A DNA stretch of 64,000 nt from an uncultured Acidobacteriota bacterium (GCA_963836075.1 CAWIIB010000009.1:1216001-1280000), one strand, 5' to 3'; positions 10,796 through 21,611 are shown, numbered from the stretch's first letter. Numbers and translations: made by a program. The notes: generated by a model not told the origin, from the letters alone.

Positions 10796-10844
10796 CCGGG
10801 GCGAGCCGTCAGCGCCGGCGGCCTGGTCGGCTGGAGTTCCCGCT

Positions 10845-13034
10845 GTGACAGCCATCTCCGCCAGAACGTTCCGCACCATCACGATCTGTCTCTGCCTCCT
10901 GGCTGTCCTGGCCTGCCACGGGCCCGGTGAATCCCCCGGTTCACCAATCCTGCCCGTGGAATCGCTGAACAGACTGTACGGGCAGGTCTTTTCCGATGTG
11001 CCGCTGCTCTTCTACCCGGGCGGCGGCTGGGATGGCGCGCCGAGGAAGATGCGCTGGCGGATCAGCTCGCCGGCCACCATGATCTGCCGGGTGAACGGCC
11101 CCCTGGACACGCTCCACCTGACACTGGTCCAGGCGGACCGCTCCATTCACCAGGTCTGGGAACCGCTCTGGAACGGCCGGGCCGAACCGGCCGTCGGCAT
11201 CCGTTCAGAAAACGGCCTGCTCCGGGTCACGGTTCCGCCGGAGCTGCTGGTATCCGGTACGCACCGTCTGACCCTGAACCGGCCCGGCCCGCGGGCCCGG
11301 GATGACGGGGAGCCGCTGGAGCTGGAGAGGATCGAGTATGACTGCGGGTCGTTGTCCGGCGTGCTGCGGGCCGATCTGAGTCCCCGGCTGAAGCGGATCG
11401 CCAGGTTTCTCGACAGCGGTGTGTTCGACAGCGGCGAGGGGCGGGTACTCCAGGGAGGGTTCTTCTTTCAGGGGCCGCACCGGAGACAGGCCCGCCTCAG
11501 CGTTGCCGCGGCGGTGGAACTGCGCACGACTGTGGGCAACCGCTCCGCCGGTGAGGCGCGGTTTACCATCGGTGGCATCCCCGAGACCGCCACGGTCGCG
11601 GTTCCTCCCGGCAACGAGAAAACTCTGGCCCTCCAGCTTCCCCCCGGTGACCACCGGTTGACCTTCAGCGTGGAAGGTCCAGTACAGGGGGAATACTGGT
11701 GGGGGGCCCCGTTCCCCTGGCCCCGGCGACCTTCGGATCTGGCGCCGATCATCATCATCACCCTCGACACCACGCGGCGCGATGCGGTGAGCCCCTACGA
11801 GGGCTCGGGGGATGTCACCCCCGTGCTGCGGGCTTTTGCCGCGGAGGCCACCGTCTACACCCGGGCTTTTGCCGTCTCGCCCTGGACTTTGCCCTCCCAC
11901 GCCTCGATCTTCACCGGCCGCTACCCCTCGGAGCACGGCGCCGGGGTCCGTTGGGCCAGGCTGCAGCCCCGGACCGAAACCCTGGCCGAACTGCTCAGGG
12001 CCCGGGGCTACCTCACCGCCGGCTTTGCCGGTGGAGCGCTCTCCGCCGCCAGGTATGGGGTGGCCCAGGGCTTTACCCGGTACCGCGATCCCGACGGGTA
12101 CCAGACCCGCGCCCGGCCGCTGACCAAAGCGGTGGTCGAGTATCTGCACACCGCCGGAAACGCGCCGCTCTTTCTCTTTGTAAACTACTTCGACCCCCAC
12201 TTCCCCTACGTGGCGCCGAAGGAGTTCCGCCGCCAGTTCCAGCTGCCGTGGCACCAGGGGCAGGTGGCCGGGCTCCCCCACTGGCCGGAGATGATCGCCG
12301 GGGACACCGAGGCGTTCAGGCAGGTGCGCAACAGCGGCCGGCCGGTGCCGCAAGAGGCCCTGCGCTGCCTGCGGGCGGCCTACTGCTCCGAGGTGGCCTA
12401 CATGGACCAGCAACTGGGGCTGCTCTTCGACGAGCTCCGCCGGCAGGACCTCTACCACCGGGCGTTCATTGCCGTGCTGGCCGACCACGGCGAGTTTCTC
12501 GGTGAGCACGGCTTCTTCGATCACTCCTTCCGTCTGGACCCCGAACTGATCGAGATCCCCTGCCTGGTCAAGTGGCCCGGCCAGACCGAACCGCGGGTGG
12601 TGGACCTGCCGGTGTCCCAGGTGGATCTCTTTCCCACCATCCTCCAACTGGCCGGTGTGGAAGCCCGGCCCTCGTCCGGTGTGCCGCTGCGGCAGGACAA
12701 CACCCGGGCGCTTGCCGGACGCCCTTTCCTGCTGATGGAGGAGCACTCGCACCCCGAGGTCCACTTTCTCGGTCCCCGCTCGATCAAGCTGGCCGATCAC
12801 CTCTACGGCCTGGTCTCTCCCGGGGAGCGGCTCTGGGCCTGGGACGGGGGGCAGCGCTGCTCCAGCTGGGAGGGGGAACGCTGGGTCGACCAGCCCTGTT
12901 CGGGCTCCTGGCCGGAAACCCTGGCCGCGCTGCGCGAGCGTTTCGGGAACGGGGAGCAGGACGGTGATGTGCCGGCCGGACGCCTGGATGAGGATGAGCG
13001 GGACCGGCTGCGGCAGCTGGGCTACCTGGAGTGA
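10845..13034 (+). CDS. Sulfatase-like hydrolase/transferase, probable lipoprotein
   Basis: VLAC lipobox-like site; LDTTR, SPWTLPSH, DPHFPY, ADHGE; ends LRQLGYLE. Confidence 0.85.
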   Translation: MTAISARTFRTITICLCLLAVLACHGPGESPGSPILPVESLNRLYGQVFSDVPLLFYPGGGWDGAPRKMRWRISSPATMICRVNGPLDTLHLTLVQADRSIHQVWEPLWNGRAEPAVGIRSENGLLRVTVPPELLVSGTHRLTLNRPGPRARDDGEPLELERIEYDCGSLSGVLRADLSPRLKRIARFLDSGVFDSGEGRVLQGGFFFQGPHRRQARLSVAAAVELRTTVGNRSAGEARFTIGGIPETATVAVPPGNEKTLALQLPPGDHRLTFSVEGPVQGEYWWGAPFPWPRRPSDLAPIIIITLDTTRRDAVSPYEGSGDVTPVLRAFAAEATVYTRAFAVSPWTLPSHASIFTGRYPSEHGAGVRWARLQPRTETLAELLRARGYLTAGFAGGALSAARYGVAQGFTRYRDPDGYQTRARPLTKAVVEYLHTAGNAPLFLFVNYFDPHFPYVAPKEFRRQFQLPWHQGQVAGLPHWPEMIAGDTEAFRQVRNSGRPVPQEALRCLRAAYCSEVAYMDQQLGLLFDELRRQDLYHRAFIAVLADHGEFLGEHGFFDHSFRLDPELIEIPCLVKWPGQTEPRVVDLPVSQVDLFPTILQLAGVEARPSSGVPLRQDNTRALAGRPFLLMEEHSHPEVHFLGPRSIKLADHLYGLVSPGERLWAWDGGQRCSSWEGERWVDQPCSGSWPETLAALRERFGNGEQDGDVPAGRLDEDERDRLRQLGYLE

Positions 13035-13112
13035 ACCTGGCCCGGCCCGGAGTCACTCCTTGCGCGGGCAGGTGAACCGCCTGGCGCCGCTGACCAGGGG
13101 TGGCTGTCCTGC

Positions 13113-14630
13113 TCAGGCGATGAAGAGGTCCTTGGTGGCGAAACTGGGATCGCTGGTCAGGTTGACCCCCAGGCGCCGCAGCCCGGCTTCGTCCCCCGGG
13201 GTGGGGATGTGGGTGATGTGCACCTCGCAGCCCTTCAGTTCGCTCAGCTTCTCCATGGCCAGCTGGGCCGCCGGGTTGGTGGTGGCGCTGATGCTCAGGG
13301 CGATCAGCGCCTCCACCACGTCGAGGCTCAGCGACTTCTCCTTGAGCACGTCGGTCTTCAGGCTCCCCACCGCCTTGATGATATTCGGCGGCAGCAGCTT
13401 GATCTTCTGGGGAATGTCGGCCAGGTGCTTGATGGCGTGGAGCACCAGGCTGGAAGCGGCATGGAGCAGCGGCGAGTTGTTGCCGGTGATGATCGTGCCG
13501 TCGGCCAGGGCCATGGCCGCCCCGCAGTAGACCCCCTTGTTCCCCTTGTCCGCGCCCTCGGCCTGCTCGGCTGCCTCGCGCGCCGGCAGCACCACTGCCC
13601 GCGACTCCGGCTTGAGTTCGAAGCGCTTGAAGAGCAGTTCGGCCCGCTGCACGGTCTCCGGGCTTTCGAAGCCCATGGCGTATTCGCAGCGGTAGCGGAA
13701 GTAGCGGCGGATCAGCTCCTGCTTGGCCGCTTCCTGGGCTGCTTCGTCGTTGATGATGGCAAAGCCGGCCCGGTTGACCCCCATGTCGGTGGGTGACTGG
13801 TAGAACGATTTCTCGCCGGTGATCTTCTCGATAATGCTCTTCAGCACCGGGAAGACTTCAACGTCGCGGTTGTAGTTGATCGACTTCTCGTCGTAGGCTT
13901 CGAGGTGGTGCGGATCGATGAGGTTGAAGTCGGCCATGTCGGCGGTGGCCGACTCGTAGGCCACGTTCACCGGGTGTTTCAGCGGCAGGTTCCAGATGGG
14001 GAAGGTCTCGAACTTGGCGTAGCCCGACGTCTGGCCGGCTCTGTAGTCGTGGTAGAGCTGGGTCAGACAGGTGGCCAGTTTGCCGCTGCCCGGCCCCGGG
14101 CCGGTGACCACCACCAGGGGCTTTTCGGTCTTGATCCGTTCGTTGGCCCCGTATCCCTCGTCGCTGACGATGGTCTCCACGTCGGTGGGGTAGCCCTTGG
14201 TGAAACGGTGGGTGTAGACCTTGATGCCCCGCCGTTCCAGCTTGTTCTTGAAGACCAGCGCCGCCGGCTGGTCTTCGAAGCGGGTGATCACCACGCCGAG
14301 CACGTCGATTCCCCAGCCCCGCAGGTCGTCGATCAGCTTCAGCGCGTCGGCATCATAGGTGATGCCGAAATCTGCGCGGATCTTCTTGCGCTCGATGGCG
14401 CCGGCGTAGATGCAGAGCAGCAGGTCGGCCTTGTCCTTCAGCTGCTGCAGCAGACGCATCTTCACGTTGGGGTCGTAGCCGGGGAGCACTCTGGCCGCGT
14501 GGTAGTCCCAGAGCAGCTTGCCGCCGAACTCGAGGTAGAGCTTGTTGTCGAAACGCTCCACCCGCTCCATGATTTCCGCGGTCTGCTCTCTCAGATACTT
14601 TTCGTTGTCAAAGGCGATTTCCGGCTTCAT
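13113..14630 (-). CDS. DUF1846 (UPF0371) family protein
   Basis: [43 protein letters not shown]. Confidence 0.9.
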   Translation of the reverse strand: MKPEIAFDNEKYLREQTAEIMERVERFDNKLYLEFGGKLLWDYHAARVLPGYDPNVKMRLLQQLKDKADLLLCIYAGAIERKKIRADFGITYDADALKLIDDLRGWGIDVLGVVITRFEDQPAALVFKNKLERRGIKVYTHRFTKGYPTDVETIVSDEGYGANERIKTEKPLVVVTGPGPGSGKLATCLTQLYHDYRAGQTSGYAKFETFPIWNLPLKHPVNVAYESATADMADFNLIDPHHLEAYDEKSINYNRDVEVFPVLKSIIEKITGEKSFYQSPTDMGVNRAGFAIINDEAAQEAAKQELIRRYFRYRCEYAMGFESPETVQRAELLFKRFELKPESRAVVLPAREAAEQAEGADKGNKGVYCGAAMALADGTIITGNNSPLLHAASSLVLHAIKHLADIPQKIKLLPPNIIKAVGSLKTDVLKEKSLSLDVVEALIALSISATTNPAAQLAMEKLSELKGCEVHITHIPTPGDEAGLRRLGVNLTSDPSFATKDLFIA

Positions 14631-14965
14631 CGTTACCCCTTGTCCGTGAATCGGATAGTAAAACCTTGCAGGCACAGCAGAACGTCACTGCCCGGGAATC
14701 AGGTGAACCACGGGGCCACCGCGCATCTGTGTGTGTGGTGAACAGCGCGGCCGGGTCTGGCTGCACCGGTCAATACAGGATAATGAATCGCCGGGCCGTG
14801 ATCAAGTCCGGTGGCGGTTATCGGAAAACGGGTGCCGGCCCACCGCTTTCTTCGGAGAAACCTTCCGATTCAACACTTTCATTGTTGTTTCGAATTGGTG
14901 TAAGCTAAATCAAAAACAAGAACCAGATTACCCCCACGGAATAAGGGAGCCTCGGTCCTGTGACA

Positions 14966-15982
14966 ATGGCGTTTGCGCCTCGGACCCTGTTTCGTATGCT
15001 GTGGCCGATGCTGCTCTGCTTCGGTCTGGCGGCGGTGTCTGCCCAGTGGTCCTCCTGTCTCGGCCAGGGGGATGAGGGGGCGCCCACCGAAACCGGGGCG
15101 AACAGCGGCCAGGCTGACCAGGAGTTCGTGATGAACATCGAGGTCAACCTGCTCAACCTCTTCGTCACGGTGGTGGACCAGAAGGGCCGGGTGGTGCGCG
15201 GCCTGGAGAAGGAGGATTTCTATCTCTGGGAAGGTGGGGAGAGGCGTGAAATCAGCAACTTCTCCGCTGACGCGGACGCGCCGCTGAGCATCGCGGTGAT
15301 GCTCGACGTCAGCGGGAGCATGGGGTTGATGCAGAAGCTGAGCAACAGCCGGATGGCCGTGAGGCAGCTGGAGGACAGCCTGCACGATCCCGACCAGGTG
15401 GCCCTGTTCACCTTTGCCGGGACCAGCGTGGCCCCGGTGCTCCCCTTCACCACGGACCGCCATCTGCTGGTGGAGCAACTGGAGGCGATGAAGCCCTACG
15501 GCAAGACCGCTCTCTACCGCGCCATCGAGGAGGTGCCGGAAATGCTGGGTATGCCCGATCACCGCTCGGCCATCCTCCTGCTCACCGACGGCATCGACAA
15601 CTGCTCGCAGCAGCCGCTGGAGGATGTGCTGAACAGTCTGGCCCGGCGGCGGATTCCCATTTACACCATCTGTTTCATCCGGGAGTTTTTTCCCGGCCAG
15701 ACGCCGGAGGAATATGTCCGGATCCCGGTACTGCAGGATATTGCCGGCCGGTCGGGAGGGGCCTATATGGATGTACGCAGCCCTGCTGAACTGCACCAGG
15801 GGCTAAAAGGGATTCTCGCCGAGCTCCGCCATCAGTACCTGCTGGGATTCCGTGCCGGCGGGCAGCCTGACCCGGCGGAACGGCTGGATATCAGGTTGCT
15901 GACGTCGAACAGCAGGCACATCGTCAGGGTGGGCCGAGGTTTTTACGCAGATCGCTCAACAATAGTGGAAGTTGACAATTGA
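14966..15982 (+). CDS. Exported VWA-domain protein (acidobacterial VWFA-like)
   Basis: MIDAS DVSGS, TALY, LLTDG; VTVVDQKGR..GLEKEDF lead-in. Confidence 0.85.
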   Translation: MAFAPRTLFRMLWPMLLCFGLAAVSAQWSSCLGQGDEGAPTETGANSGQADQEFVMNIEVNLLNLFVTVVDQKGRVVRGLEKEDFYLWEGGERREISNFSADADAPLSIAVMLDVSGSMGLMQKLSNSRMAVRQLEDSLHDPDQVALFTFAGTSVAPVLPFTTDRHLLVEQLEAMKPYGKTALYRAIEEVPEMLGMPDHRSAILLLTDGIDNCSQQPLEDVLNSLARRRIPIYTICFIREFFPGQTPEEYVRIPVLQDIAGRSGGAYMDVRSPAELHQGLKGILAELRHQYLLGFRAGGQPDPAERLDIRLLTSNSRHIVRVGRGFYADRSTIVEVDN

Positions 15983-16005
15983 CTGTACCTGGGAGGGACC
16001 AATCG

Positions 16006-16629
16006 ATGAACAGAATGCTGACAGCCGGCCTGTTGATGCTGCTGCTGGTTCTGGGGGCCGGCGGCTGTGCCTCGAAGAAGCAGGTGGCCCAGAGTTTTGC
16101 CGAAGTGGAGCGGAGCATCGCGGACCTGGAGAACTCCATCGAGGATAACCAGACGCGCATTGCCACCAGCGAACAGGTGATTCGCGATCACAACGGCCGG
16201 ATCGTTGAAGTGTCTGAGGAGACCAAGGCTGCGCTGGCCCGGATCGAAGAGGTGGAGGAGTCCACCATGGGCAAACTCCTCTACCAGGTGGTGCTGAACA
16301 ACGATGCGGTGAAATTCGACTTCGACAATGCCGAACTCCAGCCCGAGGGGCAGGCCGCGCTCAAAGCGCTGGTCGACCGGCTGGTCATCGAGAACCGCAA
16401 CGTCTTCATCGAGATTCAGGGGCACACCGACTCCATGGGAAGCGAGGAGTACAACTACCTGCTGGGTCTCAAGCGGGCGGAGTCGGTGCGGCGCTATCTC
16501 TCGCTGCAGGGTGTGCCGCTGCACCGCATGTCGGTGATCTCGTACGGTAAAAGCGACCCGGTGGCCGACAACAGCACCGCCGAGGGCCGGCGGACCAACC
16601 GCCGGGTGGTGCTGCTGGTGCTGGAGTAA
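16006..16629 (+). CDS. OmpA-family peptidoglycan-binding lipoprotein
   Basis: Lipobox-like GGC; FDFD, IQGHTD, LGLKRA, NRRV. Confidence 0.9.
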   Translation: MNRMLTAGLLMLLLVLGAGGCASKKQVAQSFAEVERSIADLENSIEDNQTRIATSEQVIRDHNGRIVEVSEETKAALARIEEVEESTMGKLLYQVVLNNDAVKFDFDNAELQPEGQAALKALVDRLVIENRNVFIEIQGHTDSMGSEEYNYLLGLKRAESVRRYLSLQGVPLHRMSVISYGKSDPVADNSTAEGRRTNRRVVLLVLE

Positions 16630-16636
16630 CCAATAC

Positions 16637-16769
16637 TGTCATTGCGAGCCCCCAACCCGTGGGGGCCACGGGAGACCAGCGATAGGAACCTTCCCAGATG
16701 TGACTGTCACCTCTTCCTCTTGGGATGTTCCGGAAGAGGAGCAGGCGCAGCCGGCGACGTGGCAATCTC
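16637..16769. repeat. REP-like palindromic element between convergent genes
   Basis: Ends TGTCATTGCGAG and CGTGGCAATCTC; internal hairpin CTCTTCC/GGAAGAG. Confidence 0.55.
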
Positions 16770-18851
16770 CTAGTACCTTCCCGCCGCCACGTTGACCCCG
16801 TGGGTCAGGCCGATGTCGCCGTAGGCGTCGAGGTCGAAGAGCAGCGAGGTCTGTGACCCGTCGTAGCTGTAGACCTGGACCACGGTGCCCGCCGCCGGAT
16901 CCGGCCCCTGTCCGGTGATGATCTCGTCCCGTCCGTCGCTGTCCAGGTCGACCCCGGACATGACGGTGGCGCCGAAAAGGCTCTCTTCCACCGGCCAGGC
17001 AAAGAAGTTGATCCCCGGGATATCGGTCACGGTGCCGCCGTCGTAGTTCCAGCCGCGGACGTGGGCGCCGAAGACGCCGGACGGCCCGGGCCCGGTGACG
17101 ATCTCGTCCACCCCGTCACCGTCCACATCGCCGCAGGAGACCCGCACCCCCTTCTTGAAGGTGCCGTAGGCAAAGTAGCTCACCGCGGGGATGGCCGTCG
17201 CCGTCCCGTTGTCCACGTTCCAGCCCCTGACATGCGGGCCGTAGATGTTGCCCGGTCCCGGTCCGGTGACGATCTCGTCAAATCCGTCGCCGTCGATGTC
17301 GCCGGCGGCCACGTTGGCTCCCCACTTGGGCGTGCCGTAGGCGAAGAAGTTGACCCCGCTCATCGGCTCCAGGGCGGTGCCGGTGTTGGTGAAGGCCCGG
17401 ACGTGGGGGCCGAAGACCGCACCCGGCCCGGCGCCGGTGATGATCTCGTCCCGGCCGCTGCCGGTAAGGTCGCCGCAGACCACGTTGACCCCGTATTTGT
17501 TGGTGCCGTAGGCGAGGAAGTTGATTTCGGAGATGGCTGACCCGTACGGGGTGAAGCCGCGGACGTGGGGTCCGTAGATCTCACCCGGGCCGGCGCCGGT
17601 GATGATCGAGTCGCCGCCGTCACCGTTGATGTCGCCGGTGGCCACGTTGACCCCGAAGGAACTGGCCCCGTATGCCGAAAACTGGGCGGTGCGGACTCCA
17701 TCCTGCTCGGGCACGAAGACGCGGCCCCGCGGCGGGTTGCTCTCCGCCGGGCCGGGGCCGGTGACCAGGAACGGGCCTTCCCATTCCGGCGGCTGGTCGT
17801 AGTGCCAGCCCAGGTCGATGACGCCGTCATCCTCCACATGGTCGGTGCGTGTGGTTCCGCCGAAGAGCGGCGTGCCCGGATTCCCGGCGTCGACGCAGGG
17901 GCTGTCCACGGGCTGTCCGGCCGCCGTCTGGGAGAGGTAGTAATCCCTGCCTGGTTCGCCGGAGACGAAGAGCGGGTCGGCATCGATCATCCCCTCGCCC
18001 CAACTGACGTTGCCGTGTGCCGAAGCCGCGCCACCGTCCACATCGGAGTAGCGAATGTCCAACTGGGCACTTTGTACAGTGTACAACTCGTCACCGGTGG
18101 GACCGTAGTTCCCCCAGAAGATGCAGTTGTCAACGGCAAGGGTGTAGAGCGGAGCGGGATATTCTCCCGGATGCTCCGCTGCCGGGGCATGGTTTTCGCT
18201 GGAGGCGATGGCCCCGCCGGCGAGGGAGGCAAAGTTGTCGTAGAAGGTGCAGTTGGAGATTGTCGGCGAGCTGAAGGTGCACCAGATGGCCCCCCCCTCG
18301 CCGCCATACTGGTCGTCTGCGGGGTTGTAGTAGGTGGCATTGTTGCGAAAAAGGCAGTTTTCCGCGGTGAAGGAGCCCCAGGCGTGAAGGCCGCCGCCAC
18401 CAAACAAGATGTTGGCGTTGTAGCTGATTTCGCATCCGCTGATCGTCGTGTTGCCGTAGAGGCTTCGGATCCCCCCTTCCCAGTTGCCGCTGATCATGCA
18501 GTTGGTGATCGATATGGTACCGCCATCGTTTATCACGCCGACCCCCGCGCCATCGCCGGTGATAAAAAATCCCTCAAGGATCAGTGTGCCGTAGTTGAGC
18601 TGAATCCCGACGCCGCTGTGGCTGATCCTGCAGTGGTCCGGACCGTCTTCCGACCTGATGGTGATCGAGACATCTTCAACCACGACGCCGTCATACGTTC
18701 CGTGATCCACCAGGATGACATCCCCGTCCGCCGCGGCATCCACCGCCTGCTGGATCGTGGGGTAATTTCCAGGCACGTGAATGGTCTCGGCCTGGAGCAT
18801 TGACGGGGTGAGCAGGAAGAGAAGTATGACTGCGGGAATAAGTCTATTCAT
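16770..18851 (-). CDS. Exported right-handed beta-helix protein with C-terminal FG-GAP-like propeller (domain A)
   Basis: Signal peptide; TIQQAVDAA, GGAI/FxxN repeats; DxDGDG..GPHVRG repeats. Confidence 0.85.
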   Translation of the reverse strand: MNRLIPAVILLFLLTPSMLQAETIHVPGNYPTIQQAVDAAADGDVILVDHGTYDGVVVEDVSITIRSEDGPDHCRISHSGVGIQLNYGTLILEGFFITGDGAGVGVINDGGTISITNCMISGNWEGGIRSLYGNTTISGCEISYNANILFGGGGLHAWGSFTAENCLFRNNATYYNPADDQYGGEGGAIWCTFSSPTISNCTFYDNFASLAGGAIASSENHAPAAEHPGEYPAPLYTLAVDNCIFWGNYGPTGDELYTVQSAQLDIRYSDVDGGAASAHGNVSWGEGMIDADPLFVSGEPGRDYYLSQTAAGQPVDSPCVDAGNPGTPLFGGTTRTDHVEDDGVIDLGWHYDQPPEWEGPFLVTGPGPAESNPPRGRVFVPEQDGVRTAQFSAYGASSFGVNVATGDINGDGGDSIITGAGPGEIYGPHVRGFTPYGSAISEINFLAYGTNKYGVNVVCGDLTGSGRDEIITGAGPGAVFGPHVRAFTNTGTALEPMSGVNFFAYGTPKWGANVAAGDIDGDGFDEIVTGPGPGNIYGPHVRGWNVDNGTATAIPAVSYFAYGTFKKGVRVSCGDVDGDGVDEIVTGPGPSGVFGAHVRGWNYDGGTVTDIPGINFFAWPVEESLFGATVMSGVDLDSDGRDEIITGQGPDPAAGTVVQVYSYDGSQTSLLFDLDAYGDIGLTHGVNVAAGRY

Positions 18852-18919
18852 GGCACCCTCCGGCGTTCACGGTAACAGACAGCGGGTTTTCTCGATGAGT
18901 ATGTAAACTATTGTACATG

Positions 18920-18957
18920 AAAAAGCGGGAGGCGTGCTTATTGCCCGCGCTCCCGCT
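18920..18957 (-). terminator. Intrinsic terminator
   Basis: AGCGGGAG/CTCCCGCT stem followed by T5 on the minus strand. Confidence 0.65.
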
Positions 18958-18974
18958 GTAAAAGGTCGTCGGTT

Positions 18975-21404
18975 CTAGTTGCTTCCCGCCGCCACATTGA
19001 CACCGTGGTTCAGGCCGCCGTCGCCGTAAGCGTCGAGGTCGAAGAGCATGGTGGTCTGTGACCCGTCAAAGCTGTAGACCTTGACCGTGGTGCCCGCTGC
19101 CGGGTCCGGGCCCTGTCCGACGATGATTTCGCTGCGCCCGTCGCCGTCCAGGTCGGCCATGGCCGAGACGTTGGCGCCGTAAAGGCCCTCCTCCACCGGC
19201 CAGGCAAAGAAGTTGATCCCCGGTATCTCGGCCAGCGTCCCGCCGTCGTAGTCCCAGCCCCGGATGTGGGCGCCGAAGACCCCGGACGGTCCCGGGCCGG
19301 TGATGATCTCGGCCACGCCGTCGCCGTCCACGTCGCCGCAGCTGATCCGCACCCCCTTCTTGAAGGTGCCATAGGCGAAGTAGCTCACTGCGGGGATGGC
19401 CGCGGCCGCTCCGCCGTCCACGTTCCAGCCCCTGACGTGCGGCCCGTAGATGTCACCCGGACCGGCGCCGGTGACGATCTCGTCGTAGCCGTCGCCGTCG
19501 ATGTCGCCGGCAGCCACGTTGACCCCCCACTTGGGGGTGCCGTAGGCGAAGAAGTTGACACCCGACATCGGCTCCATGGCGGTGCCGGTGTTGGTGAAGG
19601 CCCGCACGTGGGGGCCGAAGACCGCACCCGGGCCGGCGCCGGTGATGATCTCGTCCCGGCCGTTGCCGGTGAGGTCTGCGCAGACCACGTTGACCCCGTA
19701 TTTGTTGGTGCCGTAGGCCAGGAAGTTGAGCTCGGCGATGGCCGATCCGGTGGAGGTGAAGCCGCGGACGTGGGGCCCATAGATGTCCCCCGGGCCGGCT
19801 CCGGTGATGATTGAGTCGCTGCCGTCGCCGTTGATGTCGCCGGTGGTGACGTTGACCCCGTAGGAACTGGCGCCATACGCCGCGAACTCGGCGATGGGGG
19901 CCGCGTCCTGTTCGGGTGGGAAGACGCGGGCCAGCGGCGGGTTGCTCGCCGCCGCGCCGGGGCCGGTGACCAGGAACATGTCGGGAGGCGGCGGGCTGCC
20001 ATGGGTGAACTGGGCGTAATAGACGTCCTGCTCACCATTCAGTGTGGCGGCAAAGGCGAGGTGGGCGGCATTGTCGTGCGAGACCATGTGGATGTAGTCA
20101 CCGATTTTGTTCTGTTGCGGCCAGCCGATCCGCGGGTCGAAGTCGCTGGTGATCCTCATGTTGTCAGCCCAGGTCTCACCGGCGTCATCGGACCAGCTGT
20201 AATAGAGCGAGGAGTCGTAGGCCCCGGGGCCGTCACGGGTGTCGAGCCACGCCGCGTCGATACGGCCATTGGGGGCAACCGACATGGCGCCAAACCACTG
20301 GTAGTCGCCGGTGCCCGGGTCGTCGTTGACCCGCACCGAACTGCTCCAGGTATCTCCTCCGTCTGTGCTGCGGGCGAACCGCACGTCCAGCGGATCGGGG
20401 GAGCCATTGGGCTCCACCGAGGCCAGCAGGTAGACATTGCCGTTGGTCGGGCCGCTGGAGTGATCGGTGGCGATCCAGGCCTGGCCCAACAGGCCGCCCG
20501 GGTTGGGCCCGCCGCTGGTGCCCAGGCTGCCGCCGAGGCTGACGTTGCGGTTGAAGTCCCAGCCCACGGTCTGGCCGGCATCCTTGGCGTTGCTCGACTT
20601 GGCGACGATGAAGCCGTCACCGGCCACGTAGAGATCGCCCGTCGGGCCGACATCCAGGGTGCCGTAGTAGGGGTAGCCAGATACGATAATGCAATTCTCG
20701 TAGCTGGCGCCGCCGTTGGTGGAACGGGTGAAAAAGCCGGGATCGCAGGTGCTGAAGGGATAGCTCCAGAAGGCGTAGATATGTCCGTCGCCCATGCCGC
20801 CGGTGCTGTCCACGGCCATCCACTGCTTGTCGCCGCCCTCGGCAAAGGTGCCGCTGTCCCAGGTGGCGCCGCCGTCGGTGGATTTATAGACGTCGCAGTA
20901 GTAGTCGCTCCCCACCACGGTGAGACTGTTGTAGTAGAAGGTGCCCGCGGCGTCCGAGCAGAGGACCGGGTCGGAGCGGAAGATGCCGGGGTTGATCGGC
21001 CCGGGGGCTGTCCAGTTCTGCCCGCCGTTGGTGGTGTAGCCATACCCCGCCTGGCGGAAGTCGTTGCTGATGGTGTCGAACTGCCGCCAGCCAATGGCCA
21101 TGCGGTTTGGATTTGTGGGGTCAACGGCGATGGACGGTTCGTTGGCCGCGTCGCCGACGATATTGTCGCCGTTGTCGTCCACGTTTACCTGGACCACGAA
21201 AAAGGTGGGACCGGAGCCCCGGTACGCCGGAGATCTGGGTTGGCTCTCCCTTGGAACCGGCACGTATGCGTCACCCATGGTCTCGTGGTGGCCAGAGAGC
21301 CCGCTTTCCACCGCGGTCTTCGCTTTCTCCAATTCTGCTGCCGGTGCCCAGGTACAGACCAGACAGACCAGAATTGCCGCAATCACTGTCAACGGATAGC
21401 GCAT
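18975..21404 (-). CDS. Exported BNR/Asp-box (sialidase-fold) protein with C-terminal domain A
   Basis: Asp boxes STDGGATW, STDGGDTW, SDDAGETW; C-terminal region closely similar to that of 16770. Confidence 0.85.
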   Translation of the reverse strand: MRYPLTVIAAILVCLVCTWAPAAELEKAKTAVESGLSGHHETMGDAYVPVPRESQPRSPAYRGSGPTFFVVQVNVDDNGDNIVGDAANEPSIAVDPTNPNRMAIGWRQFDTISNDFRQAGYGYTTNGGQNWTAPGPINPGIFRSDPVLCSDAAGTFYYNSLTVVGSDYYCDVYKSTDGGATWDSGTFAEGGDKQWMAVDSTGGMGDGHIYAFWSYPFSTCDPGFFTRSTNGGASYENCIIVSGYPYYGTLDVGPTGDLYVAGDGFIVAKSSNAKDAGQTVGWDFNRNVSLGGSLGTSGGPNPGGLLGQAWIATDHSSGPTNGNVYLLASVEPNGSPDPLDVRFARSTDGGDTWSSSVRVNDDPGTGDYQWFGAMSVAPNGRIDAAWLDTRDGPGAYDSSLYYSWSDDAGETWADNMRITSDFDPRIGWPQQNKIGDYIHMVSHDNAAHLAFAATLNGEQDVYYAQFTHGSPPPPDMFLVTGPGAAASNPPLARVFPPEQDAAPIAEFAAYGASSYGVNVTTGDINGDGSDSIITGAGPGDIYGPHVRGFTSTGSAIAELNFLAYGTNKYGVNVVCADLTGNGRDEIITGAGPGAVFGPHVRAFTNTGTAMEPMSGVNFFAYGTPKWGVNVAAGDIDGDGYDEIVTGAGPGDIYGPHVRGWNVDGGAAAAIPAVSYFAYGTFKKGVRISCGDVDGDGVAEIITGPGPSGVFGAHIRGWDYDGGTLAEIPGINFFAWPVEEGLYGANVSAMADLDGDGRSEIIVGQGPDPAAGTTVKVYSFDGSQTTMLFDLDAYGDGGLNHGVNVAAGSN

Positions 21405-21611
21405 GCTCTTGAACCTCCCCGTATTTCTACCGTTCCGTATGTTTGAATATGACGCTCATAATCCACTAGAGCCTTTTAATTATATGTGCTTAGAAAAAAC
21501 CAGTCAACAGATTGTTGATTTTCGCCCATCGTCCACCGGCATGTCCTCGACGGGCGACGGAGAAAGAGGATACCATCTCTGTTTGAGAATCGAGAGGGAA
21601 TTCGAAAGAAA

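Noticed and set aside
16770-19980. Diversity-generating retroelement template/variable repeat pair
   Set aside because: Both copies are coding, differences are not adenine-specific, and no reverse transcriptase is present
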